Program-made: the position numbers and the translations under genes
Notes under the pieces: model-generated
Told to the model about the DNA's origin: nothing
Databases searched by the model: none
The model's input: only the letters and a program-made list of their open reading frames with translations
DNA from: Octopus sinensis
Taxonomy: Eukaryota
Direction: 5' to 3'
Assembly: GCF_006345805.1 (NCBI RefSeq)
Contig: NC_043003.1
Location: forward strand, 100,688,001-100,752,000
Length of the DNA: 64,000 nucleotides
Shown here: positions 13,801-24,750 of the stretch, in pieces
Numbering within the stretch: the stretch's first letter is position 1
How the letters are laid out: every line of letters starts with the position of its first letter

Positions 13801-14815
13801 TCTATGTTGTGGGGTACATTCTTCACCTGGGAAGGTTTTGGCATTTATAACAGCCATCTCTCCCTTTGCCTTGTAAGGATGTAGTCAATTTGGCTGGTAT
13901 GTTGGCCCGATTGGTAAGTGACTAGGTGGCTGGTAGGTTTCCTGAAGTTAGTGTTGCAAATCATAAGATTATTTGCATCGCAGAACTCCAGCAGCCTGGT
14001 TCCCTCCTCGTTGCGGGAGCCATAGCCATAGCCTCCATGTACGCCATGGAAGCCCCCAGCATGTCGTCCAACGTGACCATTGAAGTCACCAGCCACAAAG
14101 ATAAGGTCTCTGTCGTTCGTCAATGAGGTAGTCTGCAGTAGTGTCATAGAATCGGTCTTTCTGTCCATCGGGTAGCCCCGACTGAGGAGCATAGGCTGAT
14201 ATAATGGTTGCTAAACTATGATGAAGCACTAATCTAATCTTAAGTATTCTGTCACTTACTCTGATTACCTCAATTACTTTATCTACCCATTTCTCAGCGA
14301 TAAGTATACCCACGCCACCAACCCCGTCAGTGTTCCCTGCCCAGAAAATCTTGTACCTGCGTTCCTTGCCTGTGAGGAACCTAGCTGATCCTCCTCTCCA
14401 CCTTATTTCTTGCATGCAACATATATCCACACATCTCCGTTCAAGCATCTCGACTATCTCACCAGACCTACCTTTCAGAGTGCCAACGTTGAGGGTGCCA
14501 ACCCTGAGGGTGTGGAAGGCATGGGCTCTAGAGACCCTGGGACGGTGGACAGTAGCTTCGTGTACCTGAAAAGAAAGCTCGCATTTGGCAGAATTCATGT
14601 GCAAGAAATGAAGTAGTAAAGTAGCCTTCAGTACAACCTGCATAACGCTAGCCTTTCATATTTTGCACTGTATGAACATTACCTTACATAGGTCGAGACT
14701 AGGGGTAGGGAGGGGTATGGATGGTGAGAGCATTTGCAGTCTTCATGGGAAGCAACCCCGGAATGGAAGAGAATAGGAACTTCCGGCATGCGTGGTGGGG
14801 GTGGGAGGGCGGGTG
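10869..14815 (-). mobile_element. Near-intact RTE-clade LINE body (5' leader, APE-RT ORF, ~600-bp 3' UTR, (GAT)n tail)
   Basis: APE motifs VGTLNVGTL, AGDFNGHVG, SQIDYIL; RT motifs NYRGIKLL, FVDMEKAFDRV, GVHQGSVLSP, YADD, LLYGSETW-like; minus-strand tail ctaaatgatgatgatgat. Confidence 0.96.
11479..14643 (-). CDS. RTE ORF (APE endonuclease + reverse transcriptase with PHD insertion), split by two apparent 1-nt frameshifts (~14145, ~13850)
   Basis: ORFs 14086-14643, 13845-14192 and 11479-13857 join into one ~1050-aa APE-RT protein after two single-base corrections. Confidence 0.9.
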
Positions 14816-16612
14816 CACCGTAGCTGAGTAAAGAGGTTCTGTTAATCGTGAGCTAGCAAATGGGTTTGTATGAATCGGGAGACAATACTAAACGAAAAAT
14901 TGAAAAATTGAAAAATCAGAGTGGCTATGAACCTGGAGACAAGTCTAAACGAAAAAAATGTTTGAGCTAGACAGGGTAATGAGGGAATACTGAAAGAATG
15001 AGAAACAATACAATGAGATGGAAATTGAAGAATAGAGAAAGAATAAGGATAAGTGCAAGAAAGAAGGTAGTCGTAGCGAGGTTGGACGATTCACTTAACT
15101 TTTAGCCATTCATGATCTGTGCGTATTCTTTAGATATTTTGAAGCGAGTGGGGTTAACGATAAATGCGATGGCTCTTTTATGTATGGCGATGATGGTTTT
15201 GGGGAGGGGGGGGCATAGAGGACCATGGCGATGATGGTTATGGGAAGGGGGGACATAGCGAGAGAGAGAGAGAGATACGGTTAGTTAGAGAGAGAGGTCA
15301 AGGGACACGTGACAATAAGCGGTGTGAGGGAATTTGACTGGGGACGGCATTGTCGATAAATAAACATTAGATAAATAGGTTTGAAAATCAGAAAAATCAG
15401 AGGGATATCATTATTGATAGCTAATATAACACCGTAGCTGAGTAAAGAGGTTCTGTTAATCGTGAGCTAGCAAATGGGTTTGTATGAATCGGGAGACAAT
15501 ACTAAACGAAAAATTGAAAAATTGAAAAATCAGAGTGGCTATGAACCTGGAGACAAGTCTAAACGAAAAAAAATGTTTGAGCTAGACAGGGTAATGAGGG
15601 AATACTGAAAGAATGAGTGACAATACAATGAGATGGAAATTGAAGAATAGAGAAAGAATAAGGATAAGTGCAAGAAAGAAGGTAGTCGTAGCGAGGTTGG
15701 ACGATTCACTTAACTTTTAGCCATTCATGATCTGTGCGTATTCTTTAGATATTTTGAAGCGAGTGGGGTTAACGATAAATGCGATGGCTCTTTTATGTAT
15801 GGCGATGATGGTTTTGGGGAGGGAGGGGCATAGAGGACCATGGCGATGATGGTTATGGGAAGGGGGGACATAGCGAGAGAGAGATACGGTTAGTTAGAGA
15901 GAGAGGTCAAGGGACACGTGACAATAAGCGGTGTGAGGGAATTTGACTGGGGACGGCATTGTCGATAAATAAACATTAGATAAATAGGTTTGAAAATCAG
16001 AAAAATCAGAGGGAATATCATTATTGATAGCTAATATAACACCGTAGCTGAGTAAAGAGGTTCTGTTAATCGTGAGCTAGCAAATGGGTTTGTATGAATC
16101 GGGAGACAATACTAAACGAAAAATTGAAAAATTGAAAAATCAGAGTGGCTATGAACCTGGAGACAAGTCTAAACGAAAAAAATGTTTGAGCTAGACAGGG
16201 TAATGAGGGAATACTGAAAGAATGAGTGACAATACAATGAGATGGAAATTGAAGAATAGAGAAAGAATAAGGATAAGTGCAAGAAAGAAGGTAGTCGTAG
16301 CGAGGTTGGACGATTCACTTAACTTTTAGCCATTCATGATCTGTGCGTATTCTTTAGATATTTTGAAGCGAGTGGGTATTTCTTTATTAAGATTATGAAA
16401 ATCGATACACAGAAGGACAAATACAGGACATACATACAAAAAACATTTAAGAGATTCGATTAAAAATTTTGTTTAGATTCATTATAAAATAATATCCTTT
16501 GCATAACCAGTATAACAAACAACAGTAGATGAACTTGTAGTCTCACTGGAGTTTTTACACCCCGGCAATTTATGAGGCCCTGCAGCTTCCACTTCCTCTC
16601 TCTCCTCCATGG

Positions 16613-19600
16613 TCAAGCTGGGTTTCTGACACCCACCTTTCTTTCCACTTCCTTCCATCTTTTCTCATACACACCCCGCGGTAAGATCCTCTTTTCCAGC
16701 CCCATTTTGCTCTTCAGATGATATCTGAAGTAAGTGAGCAAGCTGGGGCCGGAGACAAAGGATCCTATCGCGGCTCCTTCCATTCTCGTTCTCCACATGC
16801 ATTCCTTTACTACTGCAACCGTGCAGTGAAAACATGCCTCACCTTCCTTCGAGAGTCCAGTTGGCGGTATCATCTTAATCATAGACTCAGCCGACAGCTG
16901 TACTCGTCCCAGATGCGATAACACGTGTTCTGCGTAACTTATCAAGTCGGACAACTTCCGACAGTGAACAAAAGCGTGCTGGACGGTTTCATCGTCCAAC
17001 TCGCACCTTGGACACGTCGGTGGCACTGAAACTCCGTGCCGCGATAACTTCTCGCGAACAGGTAAAGCATTCCTATAGCACTGCCAGGCCAGGGATCTTT
17101 GGAAATTATCCAAATACCCCGACCTGAAGTTTTTTTAAACAGGTTGGCAAGCTGGTCTCATCAAACCCCAGAGCCCCTCCTAGGACGTCGTCGTTTTTTG
17201 CCTCTACCAGCCCTCTATAAAATACCGAGGTGGTATTTCCGCAGCCGGCCTTGCCCGCCTTGTGGATCAGCGTGAGTGCCTGTCGGCACTCCTTTTGCCA
17301 TGGAGTCAGTTTCCATCTTTTGATGTAACCGGGTTAAAATTCACTAAGGAGGCCGGTCTCGGGAAAAATCCCCCTGCCAGCGGACTCCACACCTTATCAC
17401 CCTCCAGGTGGTGCCAGAGATGCCTTAGCCTCAACGCATGTCTGCGCATCATCAACCAAGGCATTCCTAGCCCACCCTTTAACGGTTCCTGGCAGCAAAC
17501 GGAGCGCCTCACAAGTGGCCTTCCTCCTTTCCACAAAAAGCGGAAAAGGATTCGCTCCAACTTGTTAAGCCATGAATCGGGGCAAGGGACAACGGTCAGG
17601 CGGTAGGTGATTACAGATGCAATGAACATCTGCACCACCTCCGCCTTTCCTTTCAAGGACAGAAACCTTCCGGACCAGGTCCGTACTATGGCTTCCACCT
17701 TGCTTGTCACCTCGCTCCAGTTCTTCTCCGTTTGGGAGTCTGGCCCGAACCAAACTCCCAGCAACTTAACAGGGCCATCCGTCCAGTGTCCCACGACACT
17801 GGACGATATCGACTTGCTCCTCCAGGTGCCGAGGCGCAAGCCAACCGATTTGTCCTTGTTAACCTTTGCTCCTGCCACCGCCTCGTATCCTCTGATAGCC
17901 TCCTCTACACAAGGTAGTTGGGCCTCTTTGGACACGATGAGGGTGACGTCATCCGCATAAGCAGTAACCGTCCTCCCACCTCCGATTTCATCCGAGTTAC
18001 TCCCCAGCCTCTCCAACTTTCGCAGCAATGGCTCAAGAGCCAATACGTACAAAAGTGGTGACAAGGGGCACCCCTGACGCACTGAACACTCGATCGAAAA
18101 CGGTTCCGTTAGGTAACCGTTTATCTGGACGGTGGACTTGATGCCGCTATACATAGCGGAGATCCACCCGCGAAATACAGGGCCCAGCCCAGCCGCTTCG
18201 AGGACCGTCGCCAGGTACCCATGGTCTACCCTATCGAAGGCTTTACTTTGGTCTAAATGGACCATTACCCCGCCTTTGCCGGCTAATTTACCCACCCTAT
18301 CTAAGGTATAGCGTATAAGGTGAAGGTTGTCCTGGATCGACCTGCCTGGAATTGCACATGTCTGTGCTCTCCCTACAAGTTTCTCCACGACAACCGTCAA
18401 CCTTTTTGCCAACACCTTGGCCAAAATCTTTAACTCTACATTAAGTAGAGTTATGGGCCTGTAGTTACTGATGTTATCCCCCTTGCTCGGGTCTTTCTGG
18501 ATTAGCGTCACCACTCCCCGGCTTACAGAACTGGGAATTCTCCCATTCTGCTGCCAGTTCGTGTAGACGCCCGCCAGTATTCCCCCGAACAAGTCCGGCA
18601 TACTTTGGTAAAACTCGTAGGGCAGACCATCCAACCCCGGCGACTTCTCCCCGGCGCATCCGGCCAGTATCTCCTTATCTCCGCGGGAGTGATCGCTCCT
18701 TCACAGCACTCCACCTCACGCCCCGCGAGCCGCGGTCCGCCGGCTAGGAAGTCCTTTAAGGCCCTCCCCCGATCCAGCGAACCACCACCCCCGAACACGC
18801 GAGCGAAATGCTGGTGAAGAAACTTTTGCATCTCCTCCTGTCCATAGATCTTTTGTCCCTGTTCGTCAGTCAAAGATTTGATTGAGGCTCTGTTGCCTCT
18901 CTGACTCTCCACACGACGGGCCCATCCGGCCACGTTAATACCTTCTCGTTTCCCAGCGCGCAGCTTAGCTCTGACTCTGCAACCTTCGTGTTTGGAGTTA
19001 AGGTGGCGGTACAATACCGTCCTTGCCGCCAACACTCCGGATGCAGAGCCAGCTTCCATTGCCTCGTCTAGATTCTTAACTAAATCGCCCTCTAGACTAG
19101 CCCTATCTATCCTTAGCTGATTGCTAAATCTAACGGACTCTAAACGAATGGCTCTTTTGAGGGCGTGCCACCATCTATTGTTAATGATGGTGCCACACAA
19201 TGCCCTCTGAACTAACACCTTAATCCGGGTACGGAAGTCTTCACAATTCAAAATAGCCTTGTTCAGCTTCCAGTACCCGGGTCCCTGTCTATGACACTTG
19301 TCTAATTGCACCTCACACGTCACAAATTTGTGATCCGAGTAAGGTACAATATGAAATTGTGGACAACTAAACGTATCCTTATCTCTTTTCTTAATAAATA
19401 TCCTATCTAGATACGATCTGTGTGAGCCGTCGTTGTTACTCCACGTCCACTGTGGAACGCTCGGCTCATCCAGTCGGTAACGGTCCACTAGATCAAAGCT
19501 CTCTAGTAGACCCTTGAGGCTAGGGTTCCCCTTCCTATTGGTTGAGCCAACATTGTCGATGTGCGCTTCAAGGACAGTGTTAAAGTCCCCTACTAGGATT

Positions 19601-19998
19601 ACTGTTTTCGACGTCGCTAAAAAGGGCTCCAGGTTCCGAAAAAAACCCGTCTGTCTACCCTCGTTCGGGGCGTAGACAGCTACCAACCTGAAGGACTGTT
19701 TACTTACGTGAGTCACATCCAGGACAACCAGCCTGCCTTCTGGGTCCAGAAAGACAGTACTTACCTGCAAGTCCAAGCTCTTCCTGATGAAGACTGCCAC
19801 GCCTCTGCCTCTTCCTCGGCTAGGAGAAATAAATTTCTCGAAACCATTTAGAAGAGGCGAGAACGCTTGGGTCTCGCTCATCTTGGACTCGGTTGCAATA
19901 GCAATATCTACACCGTGTGTTGTGAGGTCGTTCAGGAAACAAATTTGTTTCCGTTTCGACCCCATTCCACGTACATTTATACAACCCAGCTTAGCCAT
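16613..19998 (-). CDS. Tx1 ORF2: APE endonuclease, RT, zf-RVT-like CCHC; about 3 single-base frameshifts
   Basis: MAKLGCINVRG, VGDFNTV, SYLDRIF, SDHKFV, PGYWKLN (APE); NYRPITLL, DQSKAFDRV, RQGCPLSP, AYADD (RT); CPRC...ETVQHAFVHC. Confidence 0.92.
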
Positions 19999-20026
19999 TG
20001 TGGGTGAGAGAGAAACATAAAAGTAC

Positions 20027-21451
20027 TCACGGTTGTGAAAGGGAGCATGACAGTTTAAGTCTGCCTGCTTCCCCTTCTTCCGCTGCTGCAGGGCTCTTGA
20101 CCGGCGTTGCCACTGGGCTCTGGGTGGGTGTGGTTGCCGGGGTTATTATTAGTTTGCCCTCCATAACCTCTTTGGTTACGTCTCTTATTAGACGGTTCCT
20201 CAGATGTTCCTGAAGAACCTCCTCTTTCCACTCGTCCTCCCCTACCTTGGCGAAGCGAGCGGTTGCTTTTACATCTGTGGCTCTACTGTACAGTACAAAT
20301 CTTGAGAATTTGCAACACTTATATACTTTTTCATTTTTCTCATCGAACGCTATTATCCTTTCGTTCTTCTGTAGGCACTTTTTTATGTCTTGTTTTATGG
20401 GGAGGGGCTTGGCAAACTGTTTTCCAATGAAAACAGTGCCATGGGGGTAGGGTTGGGGGATTTGCTTGATGTGTGTGTCTGCTGTGTTTGCTGTTTTTTT
20501 CCTTGTTTGGGGAGGGGAGTCCTGGGTATTCTCTTTTTTTCTTTTATGAGTGACTTGTGTGTAGTCCATTAGTTCTGTGTTGTCTGTTTTTGTTTCCGTA
20601 CTTGTCTTCGTCTTTTTGTTGTTTTTTCCTGTTTCCTCCCCTTCAGTGATAGGGACACTTTGAGGAGGCGCTTCTTCTATTTTTTTCTTTTTAATACAAT
20701 TGGACCGGACGTGACCCTTCTCTCCACACTTGAAGCATCTGGGTCTACGTCCCTCTACCGAAACTCTCATTGACGTACCGTCCTCATTGAAAATTCTGTC
20801 GGGCAGGTTTTCTAGGATTTTGTTCTCCGCCTGCACGAGGAGCTCCAAGGTCTGACCCTTCCACCGTACCACCTCTTTCCTTCTCATTTGCAGTATTGAT
20901 ATTTCACGTTCAATGTTGTGCAGGACTGCCGCTGCTACCCACATGATGTCGTACCCTCTGGGTATGTCTTCTACTAGTAACTTAGCAGTACGCTTCCCCA
21001 TGTACGAGGGTAGCAGCATGATGTCGTCGTTTTTAAGGGTCAACGACGACACCTCTCTCGCCACCTCTGCCGTGTCAAAGTGCGCCTCGACCGTAGCACT
21101 GCGTGCACCTCTCACGACATGACGAATTTTGTCCCACACCGGGGACAGGCACTTCTCGACAATTTCGTTCTTCACATCCATAATCTTCTTTTCTTTGAAG
21201 CTATATACCTTGTAAATCACAATTCTTTCTTTGATCTCTTGTACTTTTGCCTGCGGCGGTACAAGCCTTATTTCGCCTCCTTCCACTTTTACTAGATTCC
21301 TGAATTCATACAATTGTTCAATTTTGAATTCGACATCCATCATGGCGCCGCCCACCGCGGCCGAGAATGACTGTTTGGGTACTTCTTTATCCTTATTTTC
21401 ACTTTTTCCCATCACGGGAAAATCTTCCTTCGACGTCAAGTCGAACTCCAT
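20027..21451 (-). CDS. Tx1 ORF1 (gag-like nucleic-acid-binding protein with zinc knuckle), 474 aa, uninterrupted
   Basis: RCFKCGEKGHVRSNC (CX2CX4HX4C); ends 29 bp before the ORF2 ATG. Confidence 0.9.
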   Translation of the reverse strand: MEFDLTSKEDFPVMGKSENKDKEVPKQSFSAAVGGAMMDVEFKIEQLYEFRNLVKVEGGEIRLVPPQAKVQEIKERIVIYKVYSFKEKKIMDVKNEIVEKCLSPVWDKIRHVVRGARSATVEAHFDTAEVAREVSSLTLKNDDIMLLPSYMGKRTAKLLVEDIPRGYDIMWVAAAVLHNIEREISILQMRRKEVVRWKGQTLELLVQAENKILENLPDRIFNEDGTSMRVSVEGRRPRCFKCGEKGHVRSNCIKKKKIEEAPPQSVPITEGEETGKNNKKTKTSTETKTDNTELMDYTQVTHKRKKENTQDSPPQTRKKTANTADTHIKQIPQPYPHGTVFIGKQFAKPLPIKQDIKKCLQKNERIIAFDEKNEKVYKCCKFSRFVLYSRATDVKATARFAKVGEDEWKEEVLQEHLRNRLIRDVTKEVMEGKLIITPATTPTQSPVATPVKSPAAAEEGEAGRLKLSCSLSQP

Positions 21452-22247
21452 TTCAAAAAATTACCTCCAAGGTAACAAAAATACAGTTAATACAAATTTT
21501 CTGCCCCGTAGGGCGAAAATTACCGTTTTACAACGGGCACTGTTCAAAACAGTTAACACAAACAATAGTAGCACCAATCCGAACTCTCTTAAATGAAGGC
21601 AGCAATTTCTCACAACGCAAATGAACAGTAACTCGAGAACAAAATTTTTGAAGCGAGTGGGGTTAACGATAAATGCGATGGCTCTTTTATGTATGGCGAT
21701 GATGGTTTTGGGGAGGGGGGGGGGGCATAGAGGACCATGGCGATGATGGTTATGGGAAGGGGGGACATAGCGAGAGAGAGATACGGTTAGTTAGAGAGAG
21801 AGGTCAAGGGACACGTGACAATAAGCGGTGTGAGGGAATTTGACTGGGGACGGCATTGTCGATAAATAAACATTAGATAAATAGGTTTGAAAATCAGAAA
21901 AATCAGAGGGAATATCATTATTGATAGCTAATATAACACCGTAGCTGAGTAAAGAGGTTCTGTTAATCGTGAGCTAGCAAATGGGTTTGTATGAATCGGG
22001 AGACAATACTAAACGAAAAATTGAAAAATTGAAAAATCAGAGTGGCTATGAACCTGGAGACAAGTCTAAACGAAAAAAATGTTTGAGCTAGACAGGGTAA
22101 TGAGGGAATACTGAAAGAATGAGTGACAATACAATGAGATGGAAATTGAAGAATAGAGAAAGAATAAGGATAAGTGCAAGAAAGAAGGTTGGACGATTCA
22201 CTTAACTTTTAGCCATTCATGATCTGTGCGTATTCTTTAGATATTTT

Positions 22248-22287
<40 letters not shown>

Positions 22288-22801
22288 GATTGAATGAAGT
22301 AACCACGTAAATAGCTAGAAAAATGACTTATGTTTATGGATGCAACAGCGCTCAACTCCTAGTACTTAATGTCATGGCATGACAATATCTAAGTTACAAT
22401 AAATAGAAGACAAAATGCTTCGTACATTAAAGATATATGCTTGTATATTTTATGTTAACATATATGTCTGTATGTATGTTTATCTACAGAGAGATTTTCC
22501 TCCATTGGTGGCAATGACAAGCATTGCTTTCCCAATTGACCGCCTATATCTCATGTACCTTCAATCCTTTGTTGCCTTGCAAATTTAGAGTGTCTTCGTG
22601 AATGCATGCATGCCAGTGCTATTAATCCAATCTGAAACATGTGATATCTAGATACTGAGTATTGAAATACTGCAATAATAACACTTTTACATCATTCTAC
22701 TGTTTTGTTCCTAAGGAATTTCATTAGGGCAAAAGAGTTAAAAGACCCTTGCAAAGATCATCAACAGTGAGCTCAGAAGTGACTTGAACAGAGAAGGAAT
22801 A

Positions 22802-23798
22802 CAAAGGTGGTATCAAAAAGTTCTTGGACTAGTTCCTGTAGCATGCTGACATGGCTGCATGTGTAGTGAGAGCTAGCAGTGACATTCTTGAGGCAGTGTG
22901 CTGAGTGATATTGCTGTGTTACATTGCAAGTTGTGAAATTTGTGTTTAGTGATTACATGTATGCTGTAGTCTATGTTTTTGTCATGGACCAGAACAATGA
23001 GCCAACATGAAATTTTGCACTGAACTTGAGAGATATTAGGTATGCTTTGGCAAGCTTACAGTGACAAGGCAATGGCTCATACACAATGATCCAGTGGTAT
23101 GGGTACTTCAAAAGTAGAAGAACATCCCTGGAACACAATGAGTAATCAGGAAGACCTGCCACAAGTGTCACCCCTAGAAATGTGATATTGTGCATCGAGA
23201 ATTTGTCCCCCAGGGCCAGACCATCAATCGAGAGTTCTACTGCAACATTTGGAAGCATTTGAGGGAGGACATTTGGTGAAAGCATCCAGACCTGTGGAAT
23301 GCAAAGAACAGGATTCTTCACCAAGCTCTCCTCACTCATGAGTTTCTTGCCAAAAACAACATGGTATCACTTCCACACCCACCCTATTCACCAGATTTAG
23401 CACCTGTAGATTTGTAAACACAAAAAAATAAATTAATATATATATCCTGAGTTACAACTAAGTATAAAAATCAACCACCACGGACCCCAATACTCAATTT
23501 ATAAAATTCATATTATAATATTTTTATATCATTATGAATTTTATTTAAACCAATTGTTTGGAAAACAACCATACTCTTTATACTAATAAAAGCAAATACT
23601 TTTGTTAATTTATATCTCATAATTATTCCTAAAAATTGAAAATCTTTTGTGCAAACTACACCACAAAAACACAATATATATATATGTATATGTATGTATA
23701 TATATATATATATATATAATAATAAATATTAGGGAATGAATCCAAAATTACAGGGAAAAATCAGATTTAGGGTTAAATCCAATTTTATAGTAAAATAT

Positions 23799-23847
<49 letters not shown>

Positions 23848-24132
23848 CACAATAGACACTAATATATATATACATACAATACAGATGTATAAAATATAGC
23901 TCAAAGGTTGCTGTTTTAACACTGTTGTCAAGATCCGGAGCAAATTGTAGAAAGTCCTCAATTCGCTTACAGAAAACAACTTTCAGGATAGATTCCAAAA
24001 ATGGAAGGAACACTGGGGCTAGAGTATTGCTGTGCAATGTGACTATTTTGAAGGACATAATGTTAAAACTTAGGTAAATAAGTTATTTTTTATTAAACAT
24101 AACTAGTGTGGGAATCTTTTGATACCACCTCT
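22802..24132 (+). mobile_element. Second copy of the 9962 mariner family, interrupted at ~23414-23889 by a repeat/(TA)n insertion
   Basis: TIR aaggtggtatcaaaaagttcttggact ... atctttttgataccacctc, TA-flanked; HPPYSPDLAP before the insertion, then the sequence resumes with gctcaaaggttgctgttttaacact. Confidence 0.88.
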
Positions 24133-24339
24133 TAGACTTGATGATATGTGAACACATACCTCCATCAAATAGACTCAAGAGACAGCCAACCAGATATTGA
24201 ACTGACTCGAACATATGTTAACAAGAGCATCCATTACATGAACTTAGGAGACAGCCAAGAAGAGGATGAACCAACTTTAAGATATGCAAACATGAGCCTC
24301 CATTGTACAAACTCAGGGGACAGCTGAGCAAATGTGATG

Positions 24340-24750
24340 GACAAGCAGTAAGCCTATGCGATGAGCTAATCCTCTGGAGTGCAACAAGGTAGCTGTTTCT
24401 GATAACTGGGGAAGAATTTCAACAATATAACATTGTGAACGACACCATAATCAAAATGAGCCTCTTCAAATTATCAACAAATTTCACAGATCATACAACA
24501 CACTCCAGTACCCATCATCTTTGGTTCAAGGAGAGGACAGCTACCATTTCAATATTCTCAAGACTGACCCAATATTAAAAAAGAAAACTCCTACGGTTTC
24601 TTGTAAGGAATTTTATGCTTTTCACTTCACGTCGAGGGATAAATTATTTAAAACCCTTCATAGAGGTCAAAACCTATTCCACCAGCTTGCTGTCAATATG
24701 TTTACCAAAGTTAAAGCAGAGATATTACAGGCAAAGCCACCTTCCTAAAT
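24340..24750 (+). mobile_element. Degenerate Helitron RepHel fragment
   Basis: Translates in pieces to NKVAVLITGEEF, FHRSYNTLQYP, QGEDSYHF, EFYAF, LFHQLAVNMFTKVKAE, matching Helitron Rep N-terminal motifs (HRSYD.LQYP, GEDG.H, FHQF.VDMY.KIE). Confidence 0.75.

Larger units (their letters stand above)
16377..21645 (-). mobile_element. Full-length Tx1-clade L1-like LINE (~5.27 kb) with 16-bp TSD
   Basis: TSD ttttgaagcgagtggg at 16361-16376 and 21646-21661; 3' end AATAAAgaaata; CCHC ORF1; ORF2 with APE, RT and C-terminal zinc finger. Confidence 0.95.
14816..22247 (-). repeat. Tandem array of ~612-bp monomers abutting the RTE 5' end (units start at 14816, 15430, 16040 [split by Tx1] and 21937 [partial, ends 22247])
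   Basis: Each unit starts caccgtagctgagtaaagaggttctg; units are nearly identical; lengths 614, 610, 337+275 and 311 bp. Confidence 0.95.

Noticed and set aside
14180-14205. CTGAGGAGCATAGGCTGATA, resembling the 46423 motif
   Set aside because: It is the antisense of RTE coding sequence (ISAYAPQS) and lacks GAAA; coincidence.
14565-14695. Possible intron in the RTE leader (gtaagg ... ttcttttcag on the minus strand)
   Set aside because: Splicing would create an ATG out of frame with the APE ORF; no supporting evidence.
16310-16376. Tx1 target as a U2 snRNA-like sequence (tcgcttc and tggctaa..aagtg on the minus strand; Keno-type targeting)
   Set aside because: Only two short matches with the wrong spacing (about 33 nt versus about 10 nt in U2); the rest of U2 is absent.
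14816-16376. CRISPR-like or rDNA/snRNA gene array
   Set aside because: Long near-identical monomers without a repeat-spacer structure and without recognisable rRNA, tRNA or snRNA sequence.
12086-20572. Plus-strand ORFs overlapping the RTE and Tx1 coding regions
   Set aside because: Antisense shadows of GC-richer TE ORFs; no protein motifs.
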